Positions 9,989-18,120 of a DNA stretch of 64,000 bases are shown piece by piece. The stretch covers positions 2,408 through 66,407 of the forward strand of contig SLRZ01000120.1 in assembly GCA_007130695.1 (NCBI GenBank), read 5' to 3'. Position 1 is the first letter of the stretch, and each line of letters opens with the position of its first letter. The notes under the pieces were generated by a model. That model saw only the letters and a list, made by a program, of their open reading frames with translations, ran no database searches and was not told the DNA's origin. The DNA comes from Nitriliruptoraceae bacterium. GTDB lineage: Bacteria > Actinomycetota > Nitriliruptoria > Nitriliruptorales > Nitriliruptoraceae. The translations under genes were made by a program, and so were the position numbers.

Positions 9989-10788
9989 GGGAGGAGACGA
10001 CGGGCCCGGCTCGCCTCGGAGCGGATGCGGCCGTGCCGGCGGCCGAGCGCGTAGGTGGTCGAGGCGAGCCCGACGGCGCCACCGACGGCCGTGGTGGTCT
10101 TGACGACCTGCTTGGTTCGGCGCGCGAAGATCACGATCGGCCAGCCACGCTGGTGGGCGACGGACTCCAGCGGGCTGTCGGGGTTGACGGCGACGGGATG
10201 TCCCACCATCTCCATCATCGGCAGGTCGCTGGCGGAGTCGCTGTAGGAGTAGGACAGGCGCAGGTCGTAGCCGCGTTCCGCGGAGAGCTTCTCGATCGCC
10301 TCGGCCTTGCCCTCGCCGTAGACGAAGGGGCCGTCGAGTCGGCCGGTGTAGCGGCCGTCGACGACCTCGGAGCGCGTCGCGATGGCGCCCTCCATCCCCA
10401 GGGCGGTGGCCAGCGGCTCGACGAGCTCGATCGGGGAGGCGGACACGATCCAGCAGTCACGGCCCGCCTCGTGGTGCATGTCGATCAGCCCACGGGACTC
10501 CGGGCGCACCCGTTCGAGCACACGTGGGACCACGTCCTCGTTCAGGGCGATGAGCTGGTCCTGCTCCGCGCCCTCGACGGCCGAGAGGATGCGGTCGCGG
10601 ACGGCCTCGGACTTCTCGTCGGTGGCGCCCACCAGCCGGAAGGTCAGCCCGTTGACGGCGTCGCCCAGCAGGTCGCGGCCGGGGATGAGCTTGTTGCGCC
10701 AGGCCGCGATGCCGAAGTACACGGCCGAAGAACCGCTGATCAGCGTGCGGTCGAGGTCGAAGAACGCGGCAGCATGGGCGTCGGCCAC
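9979..10788 (-). CDS. HAD-IB family hydrolase (SerB-like phosphatase fold) with a C-terminal hydrophobic tail
   Basis: GTG at 10788 has GGAGGAG 5-10 nt upstream. FFDLDRTLISGSS (motif I), IVSASP, SDSASDLPMM (motif IV). The R/P-rich 200-aa extension of ORF 9979..11388 is rejected. Confidence 0.8.
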   Translation of the reverse strand: MADAHAAAFFDLDRTLISGSSAVYFGIAAWRNKLIPGRDLLGDAVNGLTFRLVGATDEKSEAVRDRILSAVEGAEQDQLIALNEDVVPRVLERVRPESRGLIDMHHEAGRDCWIVSASPIELVEPLATALGMEGAIATRSEVVDGRYTGRLDGPFVYGEGKAEAIEKLSAERGYDLRLSYSYSDSASDLPMMEMVGHPVAVNPDSPLESVAHQRGWPIVIFARRTKQVVKTTTAVGGAVGLASTTYALGRRHGRIRSEASRARRLLPWT

Positions 10789-10983
10789 GGGGGCTCCTCC
10801 ACGAAGATGATCTTCAGACGAGCCTACCGCTGCGCCCCCCGGGGTGGTCGGGTCGGCGCGGTGGCCGGGAACAGCGAAGGCCCCCGGCCCGGTGCCGCCT
10901 CGACGCTCCCTTCCCCGTGGAGCGCTGCGACGGTCCGTGGCTGGGGACCTTCGCGGGCACCGTACGGCGGTGCCGCCGCGAGC

Positions 10984-11155
10984 GTCCACCCGGACATCCA
11001 CATGGCCTGGGGACGACGGCGTGTTTGCTGTGGACGGGCTGTGGACGGCTGGAGGGCCCGCCACCGGACACGCCGTACCGTGTTCGCGTCGCCGCAGGTC
11101 GGCGAGGCCCTCGGGCCGGGATCGCGTCCACAACTTGTCCACACGCTGTGGAGGA
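10984..11155. promoter_or_regulatory. Cluster of DnaA-box-like sites (core GTCCACA / TGTGGAC)
   Basis: Exact heptamers: TGTGGAC at 11029 and 11040, GTCCACA at 11126 and 11137. The last is part of a perfect TTGTCCACA at 11135-11143. Degenerate copies at 10984, 10996 and 11147. Each exact pair has 11-bp spacing. Confidence 0.5.
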
Positions 11156-11298
11156 GCACGATCTCGGGCTCGCGCTCGGGCTCGTGCGGGCCTCGCACGG
11201 GCTGTGCATCGGCCTCGGCGTGACCGTCGCGGTGTGCTACCCGCGACGCCGCGGGCCCCTCGGGATGGGGTGGTCGGACCAGGAGCAGGAGGACGGGC

Positions 11299-11865
11299 AT
11301 GGAGGTCGAGCGACGTCCGGCGGCGGCCGGGCGCCCCCCACTGGAGATCCACCGCAGCCCCCGGCGGCGACGCAGCGCCGCCGCCCACGCCAAGGACGGG
11401 GTCGTGGTGGTGCGCCTGCCCGCCGGCCTGCCGGGCGACGAGGAGGAGCGCATGGTGGCCTCCCTGGTCCGCAAGGTCACCGGGCGGGTCCGCGCGGAGT
11501 CACTGGGCGGGGACGAGGCCCTCGAGCAGCGGGCGCGCCTGCTCGCCGACCGCTACGTCGACGGGGTGCGGCCCCGATCGGTGCGCTGGTCCGGGCGCAT
11601 GCAGCGGCAGCTGGGCTCGTGCACGCCGGCCACCGGGGAGATCCGCATCAGCCGTGAGGTGGCCGCCTATCCGGACTGGGTGCGTGACTACGTCCTGCTG
11701 CACGAACTGGCCCACCTGCTGGTGCCCGACCACTCCGCGGTGTTCCACGAACTGCTTGAGCGCTACCCACGCGCGGAGCGTGCCCGGGGCTGGCTGCAGG
11801 GCCATGCCGCCGGCCGACTCGCGGCGGCCACACCACCGCTGGTCGACGACCCGCCCGCCGGCTGA
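11299..11865 (+). CDS. DUF45 / YgjP-like (M48-related) metal-dependent hydrolase
   Basis: ATG has GGAGGA 6 nt upstream. C-terminal HELAHLLVPDHSAVFHELLERYP zincin motif is typical of the family. Confidence 0.8.
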   Translation: MEVERRPAAAGRPPLEIHRSPRRRRSAAAHAKDGVVVVRLPAGLPGDEEERMVASLVRKVTGRVRAESLGGDEALEQRARLLADRYVDGVRPRSVRWSGRMQRQLGSCTPATGEIRISREVAAYPDWVRDYVLLHELAHLLVPDHSAVFHELLERYPRAERARGWLQGHAAGRLAAATPPLVDDPPAG

Positions 11866-11886
11866 CGACCCCGCGGCGCGAGAGGA

Positions 11887-13365
11887 TCAGGTGTCGTCCG
11901 GCCCGTCACCGGGGGAGTCGCCACCGGTGTCCCCGTCGCTGGGCCCCTCGTCGCCGGCGTCGTCCTGTCCGGCCTCCCGGTCGGAGCGACGTTCGTGCGC
12001 GGAGCCCTCCACCGGGGCGTCGCCGAGGTCACCGAACAACGCGGAGGGGTCGTCGGGCACGTCGGCGTCCCCGCCGCCGGTGCGTTCGAGCCAGCTGGCC
12101 GGGTCGGCCATCTCCTCGGCGTCGGGCAGGTTCTCCGGGTGGTCCAGCGCCCGGCGCAACCCCTCGGGGCCGCGGGCCTGTTCGACGGCCTCGACGAAGC
12201 GCTCGCCGAGGGTCTCGTCGTCGGGCTTGAGGTCCAGGCCGAGCAGGCTACTCAGCAGCTGCTCCCCGTCGCCGCGTTCGGCCCGGCGCCGGCGCAGCAC
12301 CTCCTCGATGCGGGGCAGCGACGGCAGGCGCCCCTCGACGGCCCGGGCGACCTCGTGGCGGGCCCAGGCACCCAGCAGGCACACCACGCCCTGCAGGCGC
12401 TCGAGCACCCGACGCTGGTCCGCGGTCGGCTCCATGCGGAAGTCGGCGGCTCGCGCCATCGCCGCCTCGAGCGCCTCCGGGTCGTCGGGGTCGACGCCCA
12501 TCATCAGCTCCTGCGACAGCTCCTGGAGTCGTTCGGCGTCGACCTGGGTGCCCGAGGCGAACCTGGCGACCAGCGACGACAGGTGCGCCTCCAGCCACGG
12601 CACGGCGTGGTACAGGCGCCGGTGCGCCGCCTCGGTCAGTGCCAGGGTGATCGCGACCTCGGTCGGGTCGAGGTCCCAGCCCGCGAAGGCCTCGGCCTCG
12701 TTGACGGCCAGCAGGTGTGCCTCGGCACGTGCGGCGGTGGGGATGCCGAGGTCGTACTGGCCGAGCAGTTGTCGGGAGAGCTCACCGATGACCTGTCCGG
12801 CCTGCAGGCCCGAGAGCATGGCCCCCATCGGGCGCATCATGGCCCCGAAGTCCATCCCACCGAGCGAGCCGAGCAGCCCCTCGAGGCCGGCCAGCTCCTG
12901 GGGCAGGTCCTCGCCGCCGCCCTGGCCGAGCTGGCCGAGCTGTTCCTGGGCCAGGCTGGCCATCGCGTCGGTCGAGGCGCGGGCCACCGGTTCCACGAAC
13001 GGTTTCAGCGCCGGGATCGCGGCGTTGACCCACATCTGCCGCGAGCCGACGACTAGCCGGCCGGCGTCGGGCGGGGCCGGCAGCGGGGTCGCGTCGAGCC
13101 AGTGTTCTGCCAGTTCCAGGGCCTCCCGGGCGCGCTGCTCCTCCTCGGGGGTCGGTTCGCGGTCCCCGTCGGCGGCGAGCTGGAGGGCGACCCGGGTCGC
13201 GAGCTGCCAGTCCACCGCCTCGTCGGACCCGCCGCCGGCGGAGGAGAACATCGCCGACAGGTGCGACTGCATCTGTCCCATGGCCTCGGGTCCGCCCAGC
13301 TGCTCGAGCATGTTGCGCAGCTCCGGCGGGAGATCGCCGAAGGGGTCCTCGGGGTGGTCGCTCAC
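11887..13365 (-). CDS. DUF2342 / Zincin_2-like protein (putative zinc metalloprotease family) with a degenerate HExxH
   Basis: Family-like sequence runs from VSDHPEDPFGDLPPELRNMLEQLGG to the acidic C-terminus. The expected HExxH reads TEAAH (nt 12622-12636). Start chosen at in-frame GTG 13365. The upstream 236 codons of ORF 11887..14073 are R/P-rich and overlap the next gene. Confidence 0.7.
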   Translation of the reverse strand: MSDHPEDPFGDLPPELRNMLEQLGGPEAMGQMQSHLSAMFSSAGGGSDEAVDWQLATRVALQLAADGDREPTPEEEQRAREALELAEHWLDATPLPAPPDAGRLVVGSRQMWVNAAIPALKPFVEPVARASTDAMASLAQEQLGQLGQGGGEDLPQELAGLEGLLGSLGGMDFGAMMRPMGAMLSGLQAGQVIGELSRQLLGQYDLGIPTAARAEAHLLAVNEAEAFAGWDLDPTEVAITLALTEAAHRRLYHAVPWLEAHLSSLVARFASGTQVDAERLQELSQELMMGVDPDDPEALEAAMARAADFRMEPTADQRRVLERLQGVVCLLGAWARHEVARAVEGRLPSLPRIEEVLRRRRAERGDGEQLLSSLLGLDLKPDDETLGERFVEAVEQARGPEGLRRALDHPENLPDAEEMADPASWLERTGGGDADVPDDPSALFGDLGDAPVEGSAHERRSDREAGQDDAGDEGPSDGDTGGDSPGDGPDDT

Positions 13366-13529
13366 GTCGCCGCCTACGTCGTCGTGGTCATCGGGGTGTG
13401 CCCGTGTGGGCCCGGTGGGGCCAGGGTACGTCCCGGGCCGACGGGCACGGTCCCGCGGCCGTGCGCGGGCGTCCCCGGCCACACCCCCCGCCGGTACGGT
13501 GCGGACGGTGAGATGAGACGACGAGCGAG

Positions 13530-14603
13530 GTGTGTGTGACCACGGTGGCCGTGACGGGGGTCGCGGGTGCGGTCGGGCGACGGCTGGTGGCCGCGCTGGA
13601 CGCGCACGACGACGTGCGGCGGATCGTGGGCCTCGACGTGCGGGCCCCGGCCGGGCTGACCAGCCCGAAGCTGGCGTTCCGCGCCGGTGACGTGGGTGAC
13701 GTCGACCTGGTCGACCTGTTCGACGGTGCGGACGTGGTGGTGCACCTCGCCTCCGAACAGGCCCCCTCCCGTGACGAAGCCGCCCGCCACGCCAACAACG
13801 TCGAGGGCGCGCGCACGGTGGCACGCGCCGCCGCGGCGGCCGGCGTGGGCCAGCTGGTGCACCTGTCCTCCGCGCTGGTCTACGGGGCGCACTCCGACAA
13901 CGACCTGCCGCTGACCGAGGACAGCCCGCTGCGCGCCAACCCGTACTTCGACGCCGCGGAGCACGCCCTCGAGGTGGAGGAGTGGCTCGCGGACTTCGCC
14001 ACGTCCCACCCGGACCTGGCCGTGGCGGTGCTGCGGCCGGCGGTGCTGGCCGGACACGGCGCACACAGCGCACTGACCCGCCTGATGGAGGCGCCCCGGT
14101 TCCCGACCATCAAGGGTCACAAGCCGCCGATGCAGTTCGCCCACACCGACGACGTGGCGGGCGCGGTCGCCCACGTGATCGGCCACCGCCTCTCGGGGCC
14201 CTACAACGTGGCCTCGGAGGGGTGGCTGTCGTTCGACGAGGTCACCGCGCTGGTGGACCGCGGCCTGATCGAACTGCCCGAGGAGGTGGCGTTCTCGTCC
14301 ACCGAGCGCCTCTGGGAGCTCGGCCTCGGTTACGCCCCGCCGGGGCAGCTCCACTACCTGATGCACCCCTGGGTGCTGTCGGTGGACAAGCTGCTGGCCA
14401 CCGGCTGGCGGCCGCAGCACTCCAACCGGGACGCGCTGGACGCCCTGGTCGCCGAGCACGCCGACTGGCTCCGCGTGCCCGGGGTCCGGGTCCGTCGCTC
14501 GATGCTGCGCGGCGGCCTGGCCACCGCCGGTGCGGCGCTGGCGGTCCTCCTGGTGCTGGCACGGATCTGGCGGCACCGAGGGGGCCCGGCACCGGACGCA
14601 TGA
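13530..14603 (+). CDS. NAD-dependent epimerase/dehydratase (SDR family) with a C-terminal TM helix
   Basis: Rossmann VAVTGVAGAVGRRLV near the N-terminus. C-terminal LATAGAALAVLLVLARIW. Start may be 13530 or the GTG a few codons later. Confidence 0.8.
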   Translation: MCVTTVAVTGVAGAVGRRLVAALDAHDDVRRIVGLDVRAPAGLTSPKLAFRAGDVGDVDLVDLFDGADVVVHLASEQAPSRDEAARHANNVEGARTVARAAAAAGVGQLVHLSSALVYGAHSDNDLPLTEDSPLRANPYFDAAEHALEVEEWLADFATSHPDLAVAVLRPAVLAGHGAHSALTRLMEAPRFPTIKGHKPPMQFAHTDDVAGAVAHVIGHRLSGPYNVASEGWLSFDEVTALVDRGLIELPEEVAFSSTERLWELGLGYAPPGQLHYLMHPWVLSVDKLLATGWRPQHSNRDALDALVAEHADWLRVPGVRVRRSMLRGGLATAGAALAVLLVLARIWRHRGGPAPDA

Positions 14604-14633
14604 CCGTGCGGCCGGGCAGCCACGGCCGCACGG
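14604..14633 (+). terminator. Perfect 10-bp stem hairpin immediately after the epimerase stop
   Basis: CCGTGCGGCC-10 nt-GGCCGCACGG, with no U-tract (common in high-GC actinobacteria). Confidence 0.45.
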
Positions 14634-14728
14634 CCGGGGCCGCGGTGGGGTGCGGGTCCCGCCGGTCGTAGGATGCGTGGCGTCGCGGACCTGCGGCCCC
14701 ATCCAAGCCCTTCGAGACGAGGTTCGAC

Positions 14729-14974
14729 GTGTTCGAACTGCTGCTGGTCGTCATCGGCGTGCTCGCGCTGCTCATGCTGCTGCTGATCGGACGGTCGCGC
14801 CGCTCCTCCGGCGACCCCGCGTCGTCCGTGCAGGACTTCAACCGCGCCCTGACGGCCATGGAACCCGGCGGCCGCACGGCGCCGACCACCTCGCCGCAGG
14901 CGGAACCCGAGGCCACCGTCGAGGACGAGCGCAGCGACGACGACGCCGTGGGTCACGACCGCTCCTCGCACTGA
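14729..14974 (+). CDS. Small single-pass membrane protein (81 aa), unknown function
   Basis: GTG start. FELLLVVIGVLALLMLLLIG TM helix followed by a charged tail. High third-position GC in this frame. Confidence 0.45.
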   Translation: MFELLLVVIGVLALLMLLLIGRSRRSSGDPASSVQDFNRALTAMEPGGRTAPTTSPQAEPEATVEDERSDDDAVGHDRSSH

Positions 14975-15100
14975 CGCGCGCACAAAGCGCGCACTGAGCG
15001 CTCCGTGTCGAGCGGTTCGCTGCCGCAGGTCCGGGGGCCGCACCCGTGACCGTCTCGACTCGTTGGACTCCCCGTACCGATCTCGAGGTGAGGGGAGCGC

Positions 15101-16441
15101 GTGGCTCGACGGGTCCGCGTCGCGACGGCCGCACTGGCGGTGATGCTGCTCCTGTTGCCCGCGGCCGCGCTCGCCGGCAATGATCCCTACCGCTCCCAGC
15201 AGTGGGCCCTCGACGACCTGCGGGTCGAGGAGGCCTGGGAGGTCGGCCGGGGCGAGGGGGCGGTGGTCGCCGTCATCGACACCGGGGTGGATCTCGCGCA
15301 TCCGGATCTGGCCGACCGCATCCTGCGCGACACCGAGGGCGAGGTCATCGGGCTCGACCTGGTCGGTGACGACCCCACGGACCGGCATGGGCACGGCACC
15401 CTCGTCGCCGGCATCATCGCCGCCACCAGCGGCAACGGTGAGGGCATCGCCGGGGTCGCGCCACGGGCCCGCGTGATGCCGATCCGCGTCCTCGACGAGG
15501 CGGGGGCCGGCAGCGCCCGCAACGTCGGCACCGCGATCCGGTGGGCGGTCGACAACGGCGCCGACGTGATCAACCTCTCGCTGGAGAGCCTGCGCGACGA
15601 GGAGGGGCGCAGCGCCGGCCCCGGCGCCCCGCCCGAGGCGGTCGAGTACGCCTGGGAGAACGACGTGGTCGTCGTGGTCGCCTCCGGGAACAACGGCTCG
15701 GCCCTGTCCGCCTACGACGACGACACCCCCGCCCTGGTGGTCGGCGCCAGCGACCCCGAGGGCCGCCCGGCGGAGTTCTCGGACGACTCCGGTGCCATGG
15801 GCGTGCTCGCGCCGGGGGTGGGCATCATCAGCACCTGGTGTCGGGGCGGCGACGGCGCCGGCTGCGACGGCGCCACCCACACCTACGGGATCGCCGAGGG
15901 GACCTCGTTCGCGGCTCCGCACGTGGCTGGGCTCGCGGCGCTGCTCTCCGCCGAGGGCCACGACGCGGAGGAGATCGTCGCCCGGATCCGCTCGACGGTC
16001 GTGTCGGCAGGGTCGGAAGACGGGCCGGGACGCGTCGACGCGGCTGCCGCGATGGGCGTCGACGGCGACATCGACCGGACGCCGCGCCGAGCCGAACGCA
16101 CCGAACTGGTCAGTGAGCGGGTCACGCCGCCGGCGGGGGAGGCCGCGCCCGAGCCAACCCCGGCCCCACCGCCCGATCCGCAGCCCGCACCCGACCCGGA
16201 GCCGGCGCCCGAACCGGTACCCGACCCGGAGCCCGAACCCGAGCCGGCGCCCGAGCCCGACCCGGAGCCCGATCCGGCGCCCGACCCTGCGCCGGCACCG
16301 GAGTCCCCATCGACCGAACCCGTCGCCATGGTCCACACCGACCCGGGCGTCGATCCGGCGGTGTGGGTGAAGCTGCTCGCCGCCGGTCTCGTGGGGGCCT
16401 CCCTGGTGGCCTGGTCGGCCGCGGCACGGCGCCTGGCCTGA
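15101..16441 (+). CDS. S8 (subtilisin-like) serine peptidase with signal peptide, Pro/Glu/Asp-rich linker and C-terminal TM anchor
   Basis: GTG start has GAGGTGAGGGGAG upstream. Signal peptide ends in AALAG. Catalytic D (VAVIDTGVD), H (HGHGTLVAG) and S (GTSFAAPHVAG). C-terminal VWVKLLAAGLVGASLVAWSAAA. Confidence 0.9.
   Translation: MARRVRVATAALAVMLLLLPAAALAGNDPYRSQQWALDDLRVEEAWEVGRGEGAVVAVIDTGVDLAHPDLADRILRDTEGEVIGLDLVGDDPTDRHGHGTLVAGIIAATSGNGEGIAGVAPRARVMPIRVLDEAGAGSARNVGTAIRWAVDNGADVINLSLESLRDEEGRSAGPGAPPEAVEYAWENDVVVVVASGNNGSALSAYDDDTPALVVGASDPEGRPAEFSDDSGAMGVLAPGVGIISTWCRGGDGAGCDGATHTYGIAEGTSFAAPHVAGLAALLSAEGHDAEEIVARIRSTVVSAGSEDGPGRVDAAAAMGVDGDIDRTPRRAERTELVSERVTPPAGEAAPEPTPAPPPDPQPAPDPEPAPEPVPDPEPEPEPAPEPDPEPDPAPDPAPAPESPSTEPVAMVHTDPGVDPAVWVKLLAAGLVGASLVAWSAAARRLA
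16141..16305 (+). repeat. In-frame low-complexity PEP/PDP repeat encoding the S8 linker
   Basis: Translates to PEPTPAPPPDPQPAPDPEPAPEPVPDPEPEPEPAPEPDPEPDPAPDPAPAPE. Confidence 0.8.
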
Positions 16442-16552
16442 CCCTTCCTGTCCGCGGGCCGCGCACCCCTGGCGGCCGCTGCGCGGTGAGGGTCAAGTCC
16501 GGCCACCGGTGTGCCGATGTCAACGGCGACCGCCGGGTCGAATGGAGTGAAG

Positions 16553-16924
16553 ATGGGCCACGTGGTCCACTACCGCACCGCCACGGGTGATCCCCGCCTC
16601 GAGGACGTCGCGTCCATGGACGCCGCCGTCGAGCTCATCGAGCGGCTGCGCAACGACGAGGGCGTCGAGGACGTGCGCCTCTTCCGCGAGGTCCCACTGA
16701 AGGTGCGGACCTACTACAAGGTCGTGGTCGACGACGAGGTTGAGGCCCCCGTCGCCGAAGAGCCCGTGGCGCCGAAGCCGCGTGCCGACCACTCCGCAGG
16801 CGAGCCGCCACCCGGGGCGATGAACCTCTCGCCGCCGCCGGCGGCGGTCCCCGCCGGACTCGCCCCCGTCGCGGACGAGCCCGAGGACGAGCCGCGACGG
16901 GCGTCGCTGTTCAACCGGGGATAG
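16553..16924 (+). CDS. Hypothetical protein (123 aa): folded N-terminal ~60 aa, then an acidic/Pro-rich tail
   Basis: ATG at 16553 has GGAGTGA 4 nt upstream. High GC3. No motif I recognise. Confidence 0.6.
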   Translation: MGHVVHYRTATGDPRLEDVASMDAAVELIERLRNDEGVEDVRLFREVPLKVRTYYKVVVDDEVEAPVAEEPVAPKPRADHSAGEPPPGAMNLSPPPAAVPAGLAPVADEPEDEPRRASLFNRG

Positions 16925-17037
16925 CTCCGGGTCCGGTCCCCGTGGCCGTACCCGGCCGGCGGTATCCTCCCCGGTCCGAGGCGCTCTGCGCCACCGGGCC
17001 GTCGTGAGTCGTTCCGCCGCGGGCCCGGGTCCGGCGG

Positions 17038-18120
17038 ATGTGGGAGGTCTGGGTGCGCCGGCTTCTGGTCGCGCTGCTGCTGGTCTCGCTGGCGACCTTC
17101 GTGGTCCGCGGCGGCGTGCCGTGCGAGGCCCTCGAGCTGCCACCGGGTTGTTACATCGCGCTCACCCCCGGACCGGCCGAGGACGCCGCGGGCCTGGTCG
17201 AGATCGACGGCGCGGCGTCGTACTCCTCCTCCGGTGAGCTGTTGCTGACCACGGTCGCGGTCGAGGAGGACCTCGGGCTGGACCGGTGGGTCCGGGCGCT
17301 GTTCAACGGTCACATCGACACCGTGCCACGCTCGGTGCTCTTCCCCCCGGGTTCGGACCGGGAGGACGTCACGCGGCAGAACACGGCGTTGATGGTCGAC
17401 AGCCAGCTCGCGGCGACGGTGGTGGCCCTGCGGCGCGCCGGCTACGACGTGGACACGGAGTTCGACGGCGCCCGCATCGAGGAGGTCCTCTCCGAGGCCG
17501 TTGGTGAGGTCCTCGACGAGGGTGACGTCATCGTCGGCGTGGACGGTCACCCCACCACGGACGGTGCGGCCGTCGCCGAGGCGATCTCCTCGTACGGGCC
17601 GGGGGAGGTCGTCGAGCTGTCCGTGCGCCGCGACGGCCGGGACCTGACCGCCGAGGTCACCCTCGGCGCCGCCCCCGAGGAGCCCTCCCGCGCCTTCCTC
17701 GGGGTCATGCTGACCTCGCATCTCGACCTGCCCCTCGACGTCGCGATCGACGCCGGCGTGATCGGGGGCCCCTCCGCGGGGCTGATGTTCGCCCTGTCGA
17801 TCGTCGATCTGCTCGACCCGGCCGACCTCACCGGTGGGGCGGTGGTGGCCGGCACCGGCACCCTGGCCAGCGACGGGCTCGTCGGGGCGGTCGGCGGGGT
17901 GCGGCAGAAGGTCATGGGCGCGAGCGAGCCCGGCCCCGACCGGCGCCCCGCCTCGGTGTTCCTCGTGCCCGCGGACAACCTCGACCAGGTCGAGGACGCG
18001 GCGGTGGCCCGGGACCTGCTGGTGGTGCCGGTCCGCACCCTCGACGACGCCCTCGAGGCCGTTTCGGAGGTCCGTGAGGGACGCCGCCCCGCCGGCGCCC
18101 TGGCCCTGGCGGCGGACTAG
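17038..18120 (+). CDS. Membrane-anchored PDZ domain plus Lon-type (S16) protease domain protein (YlbL / Rv3194c-like)
   Basis: N-terminal TM LLVALLLVSLATFVV. PDZ-like GDVIVGVDGHP. Lon catalytic-domain signature GGPSAGLMFALSIVDLL...GTGTL...VGGVRQKVMGA. Alternative start GTG 17053 has GGGAGG upstream. Confidence 0.85.
   Translation: MWEVWVRRLLVALLLVSLATFVVRGGVPCEALELPPGCYIALTPGPAEDAAGLVEIDGAASYSSSGELLLTTVAVEEDLGLDRWVRALFNGHIDTVPRSVLFPPGSDREDVTRQNTALMVDSQLAATVVALRRAGYDVDTEFDGARIEEVLSEAVGEVLDEGDVIVGVDGHPTTDGAAVAEAISSYGPGEVVELSVRRDGRDLTAEVTLGAAPEEPSRAFLGVMLTSHLDLPLDVAIDAGVIGGPSAGLMFALSIVDLLDPADLTGGAVVAGTGTLASDGLVGAVGGVRQKVMGASEPGPDRRPASVFLVPADNLDQVEDAAVARDLLVVPVRTLDDALEAVSEVREGRRPAGALALAAD

Noticed and set aside
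10984-11155. Reading the DnaA-box cluster as the chromosomal origin (oriC)
   Set aside because: No dnaA, dnaN, rpmH, parAB or gyrB in 64 kb. No AT-rich unwinding element next to the boxes (the gap is GC-rich throughout). Only about 7 boxes, versus the many expected in actinobacterial origins. It is kept as a finding, but not called oriC. GC-skew analysis of the whole genome would settle it.
10789-11388. Upstream 200 codons of ORF 9979..11388, and likewise 13366..14073 of ORF 11887..14073
   Set aside because: R/P/G-rich with no family similarity. Good internal starts exist with Shine-Dalgarno sequences exactly where the conserved domains begin. The extensions would run through the DnaA-box gap or into the neighbouring epimerase gene.
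16141-16305. Repeats at 16141-16305 and 22135-22290 as possible CRISPR or other non-coding arrays
   Set aside because: Both are in-frame parts of well-supported CDS (Pro-rich stalk, DTGDTVG units), lack unique spacers and have no cas genes nearby.
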